From the NCBI GenBank assembly GCA_944362705.1, contig CALVTO010000002.1:12818-76817 (forward strand): 64,000 bases of DNA, written 5' to 3'. The notes under the pieces are model-generated. The model made no database searches. It saw only the letters and a list, made by a program, of their open reading frames with translations, and had not been told where the DNA came from. The DNA comes from an uncultured Clostridia bacterium. Its GTDB lineage: Bacteria > Bacillota > Clostridia > Christensenellales > UBA1242. The position numbers and the translations under genes were made by a program. Shown piece by piece: positions 12,701 to 18,868 of this stretch (positions are counted from its first letter, which is position 1; the number at the start of each line of letters is the position of its first letter).

Positions 12701-15700
12701 GCTACACTATTGTTAGAAAAATCTATGTTATTATTAAAACTTGAAGATGCAAACGCATAAGAACCTATATTGCTAACTTGTGTGCCAAATGTAACATTTG
12801 TAAAGCCTGTTGCATCTCTAAATGCGCCTGAACCAAAATACGTACAATTTGGTAAGTTTAAAGTTTCATGCGCGGTTGCATCAAACGCAACATTATAAAA
12901 TGCACCTTCGCCTATACTGGTTATTTGTTTTATGTTTTCTATTGTAAAGTTTGTTTCTGTTAAACTTGCAAAAATAGAATCGCCAATAGTTATGGTGTTT
13001 TCTGTTGGTAATGATAAAACTTGAATCTTGCTAGCTGTATTTTGTGAGTATGCAGTTTCAATACCTGTTACACCATTTTCGATGGTAACCGTTGGAGCCA
13101 TAAATATTCCAAAGTTGTTCACAACGGTATCTTCCGCGTTGGTTACGCAATAGCTAATATTTTCGGCAGTAGCTCCGCTGGCTGTTATATTTACATTGTG
13201 AAGTTGTGTTCCTAAAATGATTTTTTTCGCTTTTAATTGGAAATTTGTATCATTTATAGTTTTTAAGTTCGTTAAATTTAGTTCTTCTATTATGGTAGCA
13301 TTTTGATCTAAAACTCGACTATTTATTACTTCAACATTATTTAAGTTAATATTTTGTATATTTCCGTAAGAAAAAGACTGCTCTGGAATTTCGGTCAAAG
13401 ACGTAGGCAACTTGATTTCATACGCACCAAATCCTTTAAATAATGAGCTTTGCGCATCGTAAGTAACGTTTGTTAAATTTATACAAGTTACCATTTCTTG
13501 TATTCCATCATTTTGGTAATCATTGTTAAAAGCCCCGTAATCTACCACATTGCCGCCACCTGTAAATGTGATATTTTGGTATTGGTTCATCAAAAAAGAC
13601 AGACCATACAAAACTAACTGCTGTTGAACATCAATGACTAAGTTTTTAAATTGGATCGCCGCGAACGCAAAAGGTGAAATGGTTTGCAAGTTTGCAGAAA
13701 GTTGTTGAATGTTAATATTCTTTACATTTGGTTGCGGTTCTTCCGTATTTACCATACAAAACATACCAGCACCAATATTTTGTAACGAATTTGGGAACAC
13801 AACGTTGCTTAAATTTACATATTTACCCATAACAGAAATGCTATTATCATCATTGACCTGATACCCTTTTTCTGCGGCGGCTGCTAAAAATGCCTGAATC
13901 TCTTCTTGCTCTGCAGAGCCTGATGGAACATATATATTTGTAATCTCCCATATTTCCCCAAGAGTTACAATACCCTCGCCAAATGTAATATTTTGCATAG
14001 TCATCGGCAATTTTGTTAAGAATGGTACCGTAGCGGTTTCTTGCCCCGCTTGGTAAGCAATGGTTACATTTGTAATGCCCGAAACACCTACTTGCGTTAA
14101 TAGTGTAAAGGAAGTTTCAACCAAACTTGCGTTGTTTCGAAGCGTTAAGTTTGTAGCAGATGCAAACATAGCAAAGGCATTACCACCTACACTTTGAATT
14201 TGTGGTAATAAAATAGTTTCAATATTTACATTTGCAACAGTTCCGTCAAATGCCGAGTCTCCAACGATACCCGTAACGTTTGTAAAATCTAACGTTCCAT
14301 CTTCGCTAGAATTGAATTTTTTTAAAGATGTACAACCGTAAAATGCTCTATTTGCAATTGTATTTACATTTGAAATGGTAACAGTTTGCAAATTTTCACA
14401 GCCTTCAAACACGCTTTCGTTAAGAACGGTTAGGTTAGATGAAATTTCTACAAGTGTTAAATTTGTAGCATTGTAAAAAGCTTTTGCACCTAAATCTTGC
14501 AGAGCGCCAAATGTAAACGTTTCACCTGTGTAACCTTCAAACGCATGATTACCTATGAAGGTAATATATTCCGTATTTTCAAAGTTTGCACAAACGGAAT
14601 TTGCAAATGCATAATTACCAACCCTAAACGCATTTTGCGGGAAAGTAACTATTTGCAAGTTAGTAAATTGGTCACCAGTAAATACAGCGCTATCGGCGTC
14701 TGCTAATGCTGTTAATCCATTATCAAGCTTTAAATTTTGCATAGTTTGTGGCAACTGACGCATAAACGCTTCTTCAACAGCCGTGTTTTCTGCTTCTGTA
14801 TATGTTACCATAACATCCACTAACCCAGTTACACCAGACAATGCGTTTTCTTCTAAAGATGTTGCATTATTTAAAATTACACTTGTAAATGCCGTATTTT
14901 CAAACGCATTTGCACCAACCGATGATACATTTTTTAAATTTAGTTTGTTACTATCTTCAGTGTTAAATGTGGTTAATTGCGAGTTGGCAAACGCATTTGC
15001 ACCTATTGCTGTTACATTTTCAGTATGTTCAAATGTTGTTGCTGCAACGTTGTTAAATATGTTATTGCCAATTGCAATTGCATTTTCTGGTAAGGATATA
15101 CTTTCTAAGCTTGCAAACGTATCTTTTGACAAAACAGCTGTAGTTGCATTTTCTAATTGTGTAATTCCATTTGCAAATGTTAAGAATTGCATAGTTACAG
15201 GCAAATAGCCAAGCACTGTACTTGGAATGCTGGTAGAATCGCCTCGTTTTGTTACAATAACAGTTGTAACCGCGCTATTAACAAAAACATTTTCTGTAAT
15301 AGCGGCATGTGAAATGGTAACGTTTGTTACGGTTTTTAAAATAGCAAATGCATTATTTGCAACATTTACGTTTTCACCCAAAACAAGTGTTGTGACCGCT
15401 TTATTGTTGTTTACTGCGCGTAAAAAATCTTCGTCAACCTGGTTTGCTCCGCCATCTCGAATGATAACGTTTGCTAACTGTAAATTTGACACAAAACTGT
15501 TAATTGTAGGAATAGAAATGCCTGCATGCAAGCTTAACGTTTGCACGTTGGTGTTATATAAAACTGTTGAAACAATTTTCGTAGTATTCTCGCCAATAAT
15601 TAAAGTTTTAACAGAAGCTTTATCAAAAATATTCGATACGTTTTTATCCCACGTATGATCGGCATCCGTAATATTTATGGTGACTTGTTTTAAGTTGGTA

Positions 15701-18603
15701 CAGTCTTCAAAAATAGCACTACCCAACACAATTTCATCTGTTGTAAACGTAACCGTTTCTAACGTTTGATTATTTTTGAATGCACCAGATGCAATACGTT
15801 TTAATTCTACTGAGTTAGAAGTATCATCATTTCCAGATATATTTAGTTGTTTGCCAAGAACTAAATTCGTAGAAGCCCCTTTATATTGAAATAAAGTACC
15901 ACCAAAAAATACAAAATCTTGTTGATTTTTATACCATGCCGTACCTTCAAAAGCACCATCGCCAATGGTCTGTAATCCCGCACCACCTGCAATAACCGAT
16001 AGATTAGTTGCGTTAGCAAATGCATACGAACCAATGGTTTGCAATGATGTTGGAAAATCTATTTGCGTCAATGCCGCGTTATTATAAAACGCCTTATCCC
16101 CAATTTCGGTTAGATTCATTGCATTTTGCAAGTTTAATGTAGCTACATTATTTGCTTTAGCAAACACATTACGTCCAATAGTTTGCACGCGGGATCCAAC
16201 ATGTATTTCCGTTAAAGCAGAACCCCATACAACATAGTTCTCACTTGAAGCAATTTCCGTAATATAACCAGAAATTGTAAGCGATTTTGTTATATTTTCA
16301 CCAAAAGTGTTCGCCCAACTATCTGTAATAACGCCATTGCCTTCAATGGTAAAGGAATTTAATTGTTCACTTGTAATCGTGCTACCTGTGTATTCCACTC
16401 CATTTTGCACAGTTAAATGTTTTATGTTTGGGAACTGTTGCATAATGCTATACGTAATAACATTACTTAAACCTGTTGCTGCAGTTAAAATGGTAACATT
16501 TTCAATGGTGTTCTCTGCATCAAACGCACCATAAGAAATTTGAATGCCTGCAGGTATTTCAATAGATGTGATGTCTTTTCCAGCAAATGCGCCAGCACTA
16601 ATAGAAGAAACACCCGAAGATGGAATTACTATGTGTTCATCGTTGCCTAAATATGTAATGATTGCATTACCTAGAACCATAAAATCGCCAATTTTCTCAC
16701 CGCTAAAATTAGTTCCAGCAAACGACATACCCGTTACAATAAGTAATTTTTCCGGATTGAATGTAACTTTATATAAATTTACACACCCATTAAAAGCATT
16801 GTCTGCAACTTCAATATTGTCTGCAAATGATACTTCTACCAACTCTAAAATAGCGCGGTTATCAGCAAACGCATTTTCATCAATTTTTGTTACACCTTCC
16901 CCAAATGTAATAGATGTAACACCACTATTTGTAAAATTCGATGCAATGGTTTCGGTGATTGTTCCGTCTGGGGCATTTAGCAATACTAATTTTTCGAAAG
17001 TAAGATTTTTCAAAACAGCCTGTATGTCTGGGTTTGTAGCATCAATTACGCTTAAGTCTAGCGTTAATTGATAAATGTGCGTACTAGCCGCTTTTTCCGT
17101 GCTTAAGGTTTGTACATTTGTAACACGAGAACTACTTATTGCTGTGTTTTGCACGGCAAAAGTAATACCATTTTTTGTAATGCTTACATTTGTAATTTGA
17201 GACGCACTTGCGTTATTTGTCAAAATTTGTTTTAACAATTCCGCAGATACCGACCCACTTTCCACAACAATACTCACGTTATCAAATGTAGCATTAGCAA
17301 AAGCCGTAGATGCAATATTAGCCACATTAGAAATGGTTAAATTTTGAATATGCGCATTTTCAAAAGCAGAATCTTGAACACTGCCACTTGTAATGCTTAC
17401 ATTAGCAATGCTTGTTCCTGCAAACGCACCAGCACCTACTTCAACCAAATTTTCTGACAAAGTTAAATTTTGCAAATTTACACAACCAGAAAATAATCTG
17501 TTTGGAATAATGGTTAATGTAGGCATAGTAACATGGGTTAAAGCCGTACAATTTTCAAAAACAGAATCCCCAAAACTTTGCACATTTTGTAAATTTAAAG
17601 AAACTAAACTCGCACAGCCTGCAAAAGCAGAACCTTCTATTATGGTAACATTGTCAAGATTTATATTTTTTAAAGAGGTAAAACCAGAAAATGTGTTTGC
17701 TCCTATCGTTGAAATACGATTGGAAATCGTTATGTTTTCAATTTTATTATTTTGGTACGCATTGCCAAATGTATGTAAATCAAGCTCAACATTCTCTGCC
17801 GTTTCTGGCGTGGTAAATTCAATAGATGTTATGGCTGCATTCGAAAACGCACTATTGCCTACTTCACATGTTGCTGGTAAAGAAAGCGTGGTAATTGCTG
17901 TAAATTTTTCAAATGCACTTGCTTCTATGCTGGTAACTTGTTCGTCAATCGTTAGTGTTGTAATAGACGCATTGGCAAAATTTTCTGCAAATGTTTTTGT
18001 TATGTCTGTTTGCGCTTCTTGCCCAGCCTCTACCATAACAATTACGTTACGTAAAGAGGTGTTGTTCGCCCAAACTTGCCCGCCTAAAGACGCATTGGTT
18101 GATACAGTAAGTGTTTCAATAAATTTGCAACCAGCAAAAGCGTTAGAGCCTAGCGTTACAGACGAAGTAAACACATTTGTTTGACCATGCACGTTAATAT
18201 ATTTTAAGTTTGTGCAACTATTAAACGCGTTAGCGCCAATGCTTGTAATGGATTCTGGAATTTGCACCGAAACAATATTGGCGTTAGCCGAACGGATTAA
18301 ACCACTAAAAGCGTTTTTAGCAATCGTTTTTACAGGTACATCACGGAAAGAGGAAGGTACGGTAACATCGGTTGCACTACCCTTATATTCAACAACTTCA
18401 TAATAAGGATTTTGTTGTTCGTCTAATTTATAACGAAACGTAAAGTTTTCCGCTAAAACATTATCTTCAACCGACCAATCTGGGTGCGTTAACCCACCCT
18501 CTTGATTTCTATTCATTAAAACAACCGTAAGCGGAGCTACGATTGCCACTACGAACATAATAATAGATAAAACAATTAAAGATATCCTTCCTTTTTTATT
18601 CAT
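793..18603 (-). CDS. Giant membrane-anchored BspA-type leucine-rich-repeat (LRR_5-like) surface protein, about 5,936 aa
   Basis: The ORF track shows one uninterrupted frame, 793-18615. I place the start at ATG 18603, with GAGG 8 nt upstream; the track's extra MRLC comes from a TTG inside the SD region. The N-terminus MNKKGRISLIVLSIIMFVVAIVAPLTVVLM is a basic stretch plus one hydrophobic helix. The rest is almost entirely 22-25-aa units of the form (I/V)x(I/L)PxSVTxIGxxAFxxCxxL, the BspA/LRR_5 pattern. I see no LPXTG motif. The C-terminal tail is ...NATYLKSTYYDYYWKKSA. Confidence 0.9.
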   Translation of the reverse strand: MNKKGRISLIVLSIIMFVVAIVAPLTVVLMNRNQEGGLTHPDWSVEDNVLAENFTFRYKLDEQQNPYYEVVEYKGSATDVTVPSSFRDVPVKTIAKNAFSGLIRSANANIVSVQIPESITSIGANAFNSCTNLKYINVHGQTNVFTSSVTLGSNAFAGCKFIETLTVSTNASLGGQVWANNTSLRNVIVMVEAGQEAQTDITKTFAENFANASITTLTIDEQVTSIEASAFEKFTAITTLSLPATCEVGNSAFSNAAITSIEFTTPETAENVELDLHTFGNAYQNNKIENITISNRISTIGANTFSGFTSLKNINLDNVTIIEGSAFAGCASLVSLNLQNVQSFGDSVFENCTALTHVTMPTLTIIPNRLFSGCVNLQNLTLSENLVEVGAGAFAGTSIANVSITSGSVQDSAFENAHIQNLTISNVANIASTAFANATFDNVSIVVESGSVSAELLKQILTNNASASQITNVSITKNGITFAVQNTAISSSRVTNVQTLSTEKAASTHIYQLTLDLSVIDATNPDIQAVLKNLTFEKLVLLNAPDGTITETIASNFTNSGVTSITFGEGVTKIDENAFADNRAILELVEVSFADNIEVADNAFNGCVNLYKVTFNPEKLLIVTGMSFAGTNFSGEKIGDFMVLGNAIITYLGNDEHIVIPSSGVSSISAGAFAGKDITSIEIPAGIQISYGAFDAENTIENVTILTAATGLSNVITYSIMQQFPNIKHLTVQNGVEYTGSTITSEQLNSFTIEGNGVITDSWANTFGENITKSLTISGYITEIASSENYVVWGSALTEIHVGSRVQTIGRNVFAKANNVATLNLQNAMNLTEIGDKAFYNNAALTQIDFPTSLQTIGSYAFANATNLSVIAGGAGLQTIGDGAFEGTAWYKNQQDFVFFGGTLFQYKGASTNLVLGKQLNISGNDDTSNSVELKRIASGAFKNNQTLETVTFTTDEIVLGSAIFEDCTNLKQVTINITDADHTWDKNVSNIFDKASVKTLIIGENTTKIVSTVLYNTNVQTLSLHAGISIPTINSFVSNLQLANVIIRDGGANQVDEDFLRAVNNNKAVTTLVLGENVNVANNAFAILKTVTNVTISHAAITENVFVNSAVTTVIVTKRGDSTSIPSTVLGYLPVTMQFLTFANGITQLENATTAVLSKDTFASLESISLPENAIAIGNNIFNNVAATTFEHTENVTAIGANAFANSQLTTFNTEDSNKLNLKNVSSVGANAFENTAFTSVILNNATSLEENALSGVTGLVDVMVTYTEAENTAVEEAFMRQLPQTMQNLKLDNGLTALADADSAVFTGDQFTNLQIVTFPQNAFRVGNYAFANSVCANFENTEYITFIGNHAFEGYTGETFTFGALQDLGAKAFYNATNLTLVEISSNLTVLNESVFEGCENLQTVTISNVNTIANRAFYGCTSLKKFNSSEDGTLDFTNVTGIVGDSAFDGTVANVNIETILLPQIQSVGGNAFAMFASATNLTLRNNASLVETSFTLLTQVGVSGITNVTIAYQAGQETATVPFLTKLPMTMQNITFGEGIVTLGEIWEITNIYVPSGSAEQEEIQAFLAAAAEKGYQVNDDNSISVMGKYVNLSNVVFPNSLQNIGAGMFCMVNTEEPQPNVKNINIQQLSANLQTISPFAFAAIQFKNLVIDVQQQLVLYGLSFLMNQYQNITFTGGGNVVDYGAFNNDYQNDGIQEMVTCINLTNVTYDAQSSLFKGFGAYEIKLPTSLTEIPEQSFSYGNIQNINLNNVEVINSRVLDQNATIIEELNLTNLKTINDTNFQLKAKKIILGTQLHNVNITASGATAENISYCVTNAEDTVVNNFGIFMAPTVTIENGVTGIETAYSQNTASKIQVLSLPTENTITIGDSIFASLTETNFTIENIKQITSIGEGAFYNVAFDATAHETLNLPNCTYFGSGAFRDATGFTNVTFGTQVSNIGSYAFASSSFNNNIDFSNNSVALTIGTNAFHVDGLNVTSFKFANKNITFEAGVFDIPALTTIEIVGVEGQADLTGIVGLEYIKSSNVTTVILADAITSLQNNITGAGLFENMTNLVSVIANSIVSVPNNTFKNCTSLQNFTFDNIKYIGNSAFYNCTSLNPTSNGELNLQNVVALGAQAFYGMKNITSVVFGSALNSEQVEGITITIGEFDGTTFEGTSVTTYDFRACSSLTTLKNFTNNTLVEEIDLSSSIVNIADNAFDGCTSLHTMNLDNVQTIGAYAFRNSAIVTVNMQALTTLGIGAFYNCQQLATVSMPATLTVIPQDAFNTTTSLTSLTLPTQLTTIGASAFAASGVQNVHLPQTVTEIQANAFISSKLQTLSIYTGASLVVDATAFNNTQQYTKLSVLYGSKEILDTNLFQAIVIPQLTEIEIGENITTIEEGLTFSGMSNLTTVTLTSVENIAEGLFTNTALQTLKVANYVVLHMGAFDAYTNTGKEYPTISFATTGTDITFVGSGEYTAKMAQCFANKTGLQSVTLQGFTSIANAEQVAPTFAGFVITNLYMPNVQTVGSYAFYETGLTNVFLPAVTNIGASAFESSSIQGIYENVVGTAGVVDVPNLATIEQKAFYNTALTVLTNRNATVKSLADYAFSVLTQCGTEENALNFSGFTSLGVMELNASKVTFEASMIFNATWQEDVVLTEIAFNNSKTETVDLPIAFVAGVGESVESVTFTGNLMNIPANMFTAFTNPAFTVINLKNINSVGANAFANVTNLATLSVYVHNVIDSTAFAGCTGVNSLYIDSATANGILTGEFVLRLHENIRFAQTLTVGENITQIESIALFGNAIASYLSLFAPTYLNILGAVQFSENFDIISKPSDEGNYSVAAINAVFLLSYYSAYNSAPVIESIYAPNVYGALALAAQVNELTISSAVTQLYVGKSVYANNKITTIPYIEKVGLQTIKLVDGDAYSSYNQENSYNLPYIQSFAVTSNENIVETVYIKQAQEFYVADTYLKTVKTIGSTENDNYTYNMPFVEKVSMTGPALPGTELEDNFILNIPNAIRAQIVGMGTVNISSKMSKFIENIEATGNNSQEYIMQLTGLSIMYVYTVNAVAWDEETQTTTVLPDVGNEVGVANFSLFNGNVFEMCSHMVSKKIILSPSFNTIRGEILFFHILQSIETAGDTEHNVLNTYNFKNITTFDTSNLLTYPIDELGSTSVENVHLYLPNLVSYKNYGYYYEESGRTVTTELTIGAKYLMEHPYLGVDRGILPALQKLHIYNGVEPIQLNAGVGASIIDNIIATSIRPNITELTFEGNKMFIYAADSAENGVFAGFTSITELDLANVETIGAYAFANCTGLTSVSAYLHNKLSTNAFVGCTNLTNLTIDSIEVNDGNIIIKNHSSETLTITKELADKYFITYDPETNLISTDKSKITSIQLLGGNIVLEGATSASLGVFANLPNLQTLDISGVTEIGAYAFANSAKLETLTGFNAQTQSIDANAFYNCPLLPFDSVSYVETNQDTKLAKIYFYTNNSTVTTDYINTLKNKLANILGQNYTAEIYFTGSNITLNGSGSGGGTLFSNYNQLQKIYIGSSAFTVIPQSTFSRCENLTEIIFAEDNILQEIGEQAFALCHSLKTIDLPNSLTTLGPMCFGACFALESVTIGENVTNLTASFALSPKLTVDNIYIHENNQVLKKQYNCIVHTTTKTLVQGFSNQTLGADSDITSIAPGAFFYSSLNEIVVPSSVISIGEAAFAGSTLYKIVLPENLQTIGEGAFSECHALTVIINQSSLQLTAGARNYGEIACYADFVASSEDEFTVLNEEYIVHTATNTYVHYMGSSAEVVIPENANIGKGVFAFNNVITSVTIPEYITNIGLNAFAYTGKLQNIYYNAISWTNTAGESPFAEVGINYVENMIYGNTGKLAVTLHVGAQVQILPDYICDSVENITNVIISEDSQLTSIGAYAFENNPNLSIFTLPAQLQTIGDNAFYRCINLKIIVNQSNLELTIGSSNYGWVACYARTITSSADNIVVIDGVHKIDASTQTYLEYLGTNTSVSIPEGIRYISNRAFYQNTTLTSVTIPASVTSIGQYAFYDCSNLQSVTIAEGSQLQTIGDYAFQNCSALTNITIPASVTSIGRYAFDDCSKLQTVTFAEGSQLQTIGDDAFYSCSALTSITIPASVTEIGEYAFQNCSKLQTVMFAEGSQLQIIDDYAFYSCSALTSITIPANVTEIGNPAFQDCDNLAIVINHSNLPLIAGSSDYGYVAYYAIYVGDGKGLELIDGVHWVDTTTQTYLKYIGTSANVVLPENITSIAQRAFARNNALQSITIPASVISIGNDAFDSCENLQTVTFAKGSQLQTIGERAFQECSALTSITIPANVTSIGNSAFYNCYNLAIVINYSSLPLVAGSTDYGRVAYYASYIGDGIGLKLIDGVHLVDTVTHAYVKYIGTSANVTLPENITSIARYAFYQNNALQSITIPASVTEIGEYAFENCNNLQTVTFAKGSQLQTIGRYAFADCSALTSITIPASVTSIGGAAFYQCNNLQTVTFAEGSQLQTIGDGAFYSCSALTSITIPASVTSIGRYAFTSCNKLQTVTFAEGSQLQTIGSNAFQNCSALTSITLPAGVTTIGDYAFSNCYNLAIVINYSSLPLVAGSTDYGYVAYYAIYVGDGKELELVNGVHWVYTTTKTYLKYIGTSANVILPENITSIAQYAFYQNNVLQSITIPASVTSIGQYAFYDCSNLQTVTFAEGSQLQTIGNYAFQNCSALTNITIPASVTSIGRYAFDDCSNLQTVTFAEGSQLQTVGNYAFQSCSALTSITIPASVTSIGEYAFQYCNKLQTATFAEGSQLQTIGNNAFYYCLALTSITIPNSVTEIGEYAFYDCSNLQTVTFAEGSQLQTIGDYAFYDCSALTSIIIPANVISIGSSAFSSCSKLQTVTFAEGSQLQTIGDYAFQYCSTLTSITIPASVTSIGQYAFQNCNELQKVTFAEGSQLQTIGDYAFQNCYNLAIVINHSNLPLVAGSTDYGYVAYYTSYVGDGTGLELIDGVHWVDTTTQTYLKYIGTSANVTLPENITSIGRCAFYQNNALQSITIPASVTSIGDYAFRSCTALTNITIPASVTEIGESAFQSCNNLPTVTFGEGSQLQTIGDYAFSSCSALTSITIPASVTSIGNYAFQSCNKLQTVTFAEGSQLQMIGSSAFSNCSALTSITIPNSVTSIGQYAFQSCNKLQTVTFVEGSQLQTIGNYAFQYCSTLTSITIPASVTSIGNYAFQSCNKLQTVTFAEGSQLQTIGSSAFADCRALISITIPASVTSIGNSAFQSCNKLQTVTFAEGSQLQTIGNYAFNNCSALTNITIPNSVTSIESGAFQSCSALTSITIPASVTSIGEYAFQNCKNLQTVTFAEGSQLSTIGSDAFRDCSALTSITIPASVTSIGSDAFYNCNNLQKVTFAEGSQLQTIGNSAFYNCYNLAIVINYSSLPLVAGSSNYGYVAYYASYVGDGEGLELIDGVHWVNTTTQTYLKYIGTSANVTLPENITSIGRCAFYQNNALQSITIPASVTEIGDSAFQDCDALTSITIPASVTSIGNSAFESCSKLQTVTFAEGSQLQTIGSYAFQYCYNLAIVINYSSLPLVAGSSNYGYVAYYASYVGNGTGLQLIDGVHWVNTTTQTYLKYIGTSANVVLPANITSIGRYAFYNCQTLQSVTIPASVTSIESGAFQSCSALTSITIPASVTSIGNYAFQSCSKLQTVTFAEGSQLQTIGNSAFENCNRLRTLTFAEGSQLQTIGDSAFYNCDAITSITIPASVTEIGEYAFQFCSNLQTVTFAEGSQLQTIGNDAFYNCSALTNITIPASVTEIGESAFRSCSKLQTVTFAEGSQLQTIGNSAFQSCNKLQTVTFAEGSQLHTIGRYAFQSCSALTSIIIPASVTSIGDSAFRDCYALTSVTFEDPNHWFVTIISTATSGTNVTLTNAAQNATYLKSTYYDYYWKKSA
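930..6560 (-). repeat. Near-identical in-frame LRR cassette array inside the giant gene (older, diverged copies continue to about 7450)
   Basis: The string coding VTFAEGSQL (cggcaaaggttactgtttgtaa and 1-3-nt variants) recurs about 26 times between 1070 and 6480, mostly about 144 nt apart (a 23-aa plus 25-aa unit pair). Six near-identical copies of a roughly 105-aa spacer module (NLAIVINxSxLPLxAGSxxYGxVAYY..YVGDGxGLELIDGVHWV.TTTQTYLKYIGTSANVxLPENITSI) punctuate the array. Positions 1742-1802 are 61 nt identical to 2195-2255. Confidence 0.9.
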
Positions 18604-18654
18604 ACATAACCTCAACGCTTTTTAATTTAGACAGTGCGTCTAATTTTCATATAT

Positions 18655-18673
18655 ACTAGTATTATATACTAGT
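18655..18673 (-). promoter_or_regulatory. Perfect 8-3-8 palindrome overlapping the -10 box of the giant-gene promoter (candidate operator)
   Basis: The plus strand reads ACTAGTAT-TAT-ATACTAGT. It spans the TATAAT at 18661-18666. Confidence 0.35.
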
Positions 18674-18689
18674 AAAGATTTTAGAGCAA
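18661..18689 (-). promoter_or_regulatory. Putative sigma-70 promoter of the giant LRR gene
   Basis: The minus strand reads TTGCTC (18689-18684), 17 nt, TATAAT (18666-18661), about 55 nt upstream of ATG 18603. Confidence 0.6.
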
Positions 18690-18825
18690 GCAAATTGACG
18701 CCTAAATCGACCTAAATGTAACATATTTCTCTTTTGTTATTTTGCTGTTATTTAAAATAAAATATGCTTCAAAACAACGTATGGAAAATACGTATTTTGT
18801 CGAAATATGAACATTATTTTTTAAA

Positions 18826-18848
18826 TAAAAAAGTGGCGTACGCCACTT
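18826..18848 (-). terminator. Rho-independent terminator after the 818-aa LRR gene
   Basis: A perfect hairpin, AAGTGGCG-TA-CGCCACTT (18831-18848), is followed on the minus strand by TTTTT. It starts 20 nt after the stop at 18869. Confidence 0.7.
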
Positions 18849-18868
18849 AATTTTGATGAATTTATTTA

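Noticed and set aside
980-18403. About 20 plus-strand ORFs in the ORF track (60-263 aa; for example 10145-10828, 16544-17071 and 17393-18184) antisense to the giant gene.
   Set aside because: They lie entirely inside one continuous 17.8-kb minus-strand frame. Their translations are low-complexity mirror images of the LRR repeats (MLVTLAGIVMLVNAEQ... recurs). No SD or promoter is seen. Open antisense frames are expected in a repetitive, codon-biased gene.
18604-18615. N-terminal extensions in the ORF track that begin at TTG or GTG. Examples are MRLCM... at both 18615 and 25720, plus those at 23327, 33502, 34506, 36610, 39018, 49059, 53988, 55429 and 61675.
   Set aside because: In each case a downstream ATG has a properly spaced SD or matches the conserved family N-terminus, and the upstream codon lies in the SD, the promoter or the preceding gene. 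The shared 'MRLCM' comes from a similar SD-spacer sequence (TTGAGGTTRTGTATG), not from a shared peptide.
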